Shown here: positions 60,919-64,000 of the stretch, piece by piece
Numbering within the stretch: position 1 is the first letter of the stretch
How the letters are laid out: each line of letters opens with the position of its first letter
From: Selaginella moellendorffii
Taxonomy: Eukaryota; Plantae; Lycopodiophyta
Assembly: GCF_000143415.4 (NCBI RefSeq)
Contig: NW_003314261.1
Span: 5,296,360 to 5,360,359 of the forward strand
Direction of reading: 5' to 3'
DNA length: 64,000 bases
Made by a program: the position numbers and the translations under genes
The notes under the pieces: model-generated
Told to the model about the DNA's origin: nothing
Databases searched by the model: none
What the model saw: only the letters and a program-made list of their open reading frames with translations

Positions 60919-63900
60919 ATGAACGGGAGAACGCGCGGGAGCTCTCGGCCGGGATCAGCAGCCGCCGCGGTGCGCGCCTCCCACACGCCGATCAGGCCGC
61001 CGGCGGTGACGTGCCGGGAGCGCGTCCAGGTTGTGGTGCGATGCCGTCCAATGTCGCATCAGGAGGTCATGGATGGGCGCCAATGCTGCATTGTCGTTGA
61101 TCAGCAGGAGAAAACCATAGAGGTGAGTGCTTGGATTGTCAGATTCCATCGAAATATTTTGGGAATTTGGAGTCTCTGCTTCTCCATTGACACGGTTTCT
61201 TGTGTTTAGGTGTCTGGCGATGGGAGGAGAGGCAGCAGCAACGATTCCAACATCAAAGTCTTTACATTCGATCGTGTGTATGATTCCAAGTGCACACAAA
61301 ACCAGCTCTACCAGGAAGTGGCTCATCCGATCGTCCAGAGCGTCATGCACGGCTACAATGGAACCGTGTTGGCTTATGGCCAGACGGCCTCCGGAAAAAC
61401 ATACACTATGGAAGGATTTGATGACTCTCCAGGTAACAAACTTTCACTAGCTCCAGAGGTTGGGCATAGATCATAGCTTAGAAAAAAATCTAGTAGCTTT
61501 TCTATAGCATATACCAGTTCTAACTGCGAATTTTCCTAGTGGTACAGAGTTACGTGGTATTATTCCTCACGCGTTTGAGGAAATTTTTTCTCACATATCT
61601 CAAAGCCAGAGTTCCGATCGTTTTCTCGTGAGAGCCTCCTACCTGGAGATTTACAACGAAGAAATCCGGGATCTCTTGGCACCAAGTAGTTCGCCAGGGA
61701 CGAGACTGGAGCTGAAAGAGAGCCCGGACGCGGGTGTTTACGTGAGGAATCTCACTTGCCTGACCGTGCATAGCCTCTCGGACATCATTCGACTGCTGAT
61801 GGTGGCTATTTCATCTTTAATCCATTCTTTCTAAGTCACAGTAAGAACGGCAAGCTTGGTAAGATGGTTTTTGTTATTCTGGCTCTTGCTCAATGTTGGT
61901 TAGTAGCTTACAGGTTGGGAAAAAGAACCGATCTGTCGGGGCAACTCTTATGAACCAAGACTCGTCGCGTTCGCATTCCATATTCACCATAACTGTGGAG
62001 ACTAGTGTGGAGGATCCAGAAACTGGCTTGCACATACGAGTTGGGAAACTAAACCTGGTATGCACGTTGAAGATTTCGTTTTCTCATCTTTAGGATTAAC
62101 AACGCTCATTCAGGTCGATCTTGCTGGTAGTGAAAGAATGAGCAAAACTGGAGCTACTGGGGATAGATTGAAAGAGCTCACCAACATAAATTGGTCTCTT
62201 ACAGCTCTTGGAAATGTCATCTCGGCCCTGGTTGATGGAAGGAGTACGCACATTCCCTACCGTGATTCGAAGCTGACCAGGCTCTTGCAAGACTCACTCG
62301 GTGGGAATACAAGGACTGTCATGGTGGCAAACATTGGACCTGCTGATTATAACTATGAAGAGTCCGTCAGCACACTACGGTATGCCAATCGTGCAAAGAG
62401 CATTAAGAACAAACCGCGTATCAACGAGGATCCAAAGGACGCGTTGCTGCGGGAGTTCCAGGCTGAAATTATCAGGTTCATTGGCTTGATATATGTTCTC
62501 AAGCTTATGAACTCTGAAAATTGCGTTAACAGGTTAAAAGCGCAGCTTAGTGGCGATGCTGTTAACGATTTGACCAAGGAAATCTGTACGCTAAAGAACG
62601 AGAAAGAAATGGTGGAAAAGAACTTGAGAAACTTGAGGCAGCAAGCTGGAGTTGATCCTTACCTGTGCCAGTCATTCAGTGAACAAGCCATTGCATACAT
62701 TAAAGCGGATTTAGAGAAAAAGGTAAGCCTCGTCAAAAAACACGCAATGTTGGTCTGAAAGGTCCGTCTTTTGCAGGCGCATTTCGAAATTGAGTGCTTG
62801 CGAGCAGAAAAGGAGCGTTCAGACGAAGAGAAGCAGAAACTGACGGAGCAGCTGCTCAAGCAGTTGAAGGACATGCAACCCCATTATGAGGTATGTGGAA
62901 TGAAACATGGTTGTTTTTATTAAGCTATTGTTTCTCTTGTGCAGTCGTTTGCCAAGGAAAAAGAAGACCGTGATTTCCTAACTAATAAGCTGAGAGCTTT
63001 GGAGGACAAAGTTTTGCATGGTTCCAACAACGATAACGAGAAGCTGGTGGAGAAAGCAAAGCAGCAGGAGGAAGAGCTTGCTCTTTACCAGCATCATATC
63101 CAAGAACGGCAGCAACTGGATGAAGAGCGCCAGCGGAAGATAGCAGAGCTTGAGGTAAAAAAGGAAACACGCTTTTGCATTTTCCACTCACTTACGTCGC
63201 GTGTGACAGGACGCACAACTGATGGCCGAGGTGAAGTGCAGCACAATGGAGGAAGAGTTGGAAATGAAAACTACCAAATTTCGAAAGCTGATGGCGTGTT
63301 ACCAGCAGAGCAAAGCCGACTTAGCCTCGTTGCGGACGGAGCTGCAGGACACAATCCACGAGTTTCATCGGGAGCGCACCGATTTGCTTCTCAGTTTGCG
63401 CTCGCTGGAGCAGCAACATCAGCTCAAGTCTTTAGTGATCGAGGTAAAAAGACAATGAGCTCAAACGATTCTGATTCTTGTTTCTCTTTTTCTTTATACA
63501 GAAGTTTATTCCGTCCGAGGAGCTGGCTAAGATCATGAAGAGAGTGGAGTGGGACGACGAGACGGAAAGATGGGTGTTCCAGAGCATGGTGGCTAATTTC
63601 CAGTCGGGTATAAGTCCGTTCATCGTGGATCCAGCTAACAAGCAGCCACTTCAAAGGCCGGCATCAGCCGTGGGAAGGAGTAGACCGCCAGGATCCAGAT
63701 ACCAGTAAGCTTCTAAGCAACTTTGTTCTTGCAAAGTTCTTACACGCTCTCTCTTCCCAGGATGGACAACGTGCTCAAGATTGGCTTGGACATTCCAAAG
63801 CACACTCTCTACGATTACGAGAATCACCTCGACCGCGCACAGGCTCAAGCTCACATCATGCAAGCTTTCTCCCCGAACTTTGGCGAAGACGACGACCCAT

Positions 63901-63965
63901 ACCTGTCATACGAGCAAAAGACAGGAGCGGCAAAGCCTCTTCGCCCAAGAACAGCAAACAGATAA
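60919..63965 (+). CDS. Kinesin-II (kinesin-2, KIF3/FLA10-like) motor subunit, multi-exon
   Basis: '[11 protein letters not shown]', P-loop 'GQTASGKT', '[12 protein letters not shown]', '[17 protein letters not shown]', '[12 protein letters not shown]', '[20 protein letters not shown]', coiled coil, and a KIF3-type tail 'RPASA...LDIP..TLYDYE...RPRTA'. Confidence 0.93.
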
Positions 63966-64000
63966 GGGATAAAAAGAAGAAGCGTCAAAACTCTGGGACG

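Overview
Eukaryotic land-plant nuclear DNA. Tiny 50-70 bp introns, very short intergenic spaces and a kinesin-II gene suggest a flagellate-sperm plant such as the lycophyte Selaginella (inference). 1-28.2 kb is a nest of Ty3/gypsy LTR retrotransposons. It includes three copies of a 1.7 kb minisatellite-bearing LTR, a hAT transposon inserted in an RT YIDD motif, a MITE, and a near-intact chromovirus with a GGGAAAC -1 frameshift signal and a Tf1-like self-priming PBS. 28.6-51 kb is a rearranged accessory region. It holds two paralogous genes with an N-terminal header domain and a catalytically dead trypsin-like domain (plus a truncated third), synaptotagmin fragments, a mosaic of ABCC/OSTC/RING/RNase H pieces, a gag-deleted LTR element inside an exon, a TRIM-like array, a (TA)n tract, an assembly gap and a BAHD pseudogene. 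51.9-64 kb carries conserved genes: synaptotagmin, tRNA-Ala(CGC), a TEL/Mei2-like RRM gene and, 80 bp downstream of it, kinesin-II. The best candidates for undescribed biology are the pseudo-trypsin family and a hairpin-dense, tRNA-like region with two B-boxes inside a retrotransposon 3' region (7.9-8.4 kb). All calls were made by eye, without database searches.
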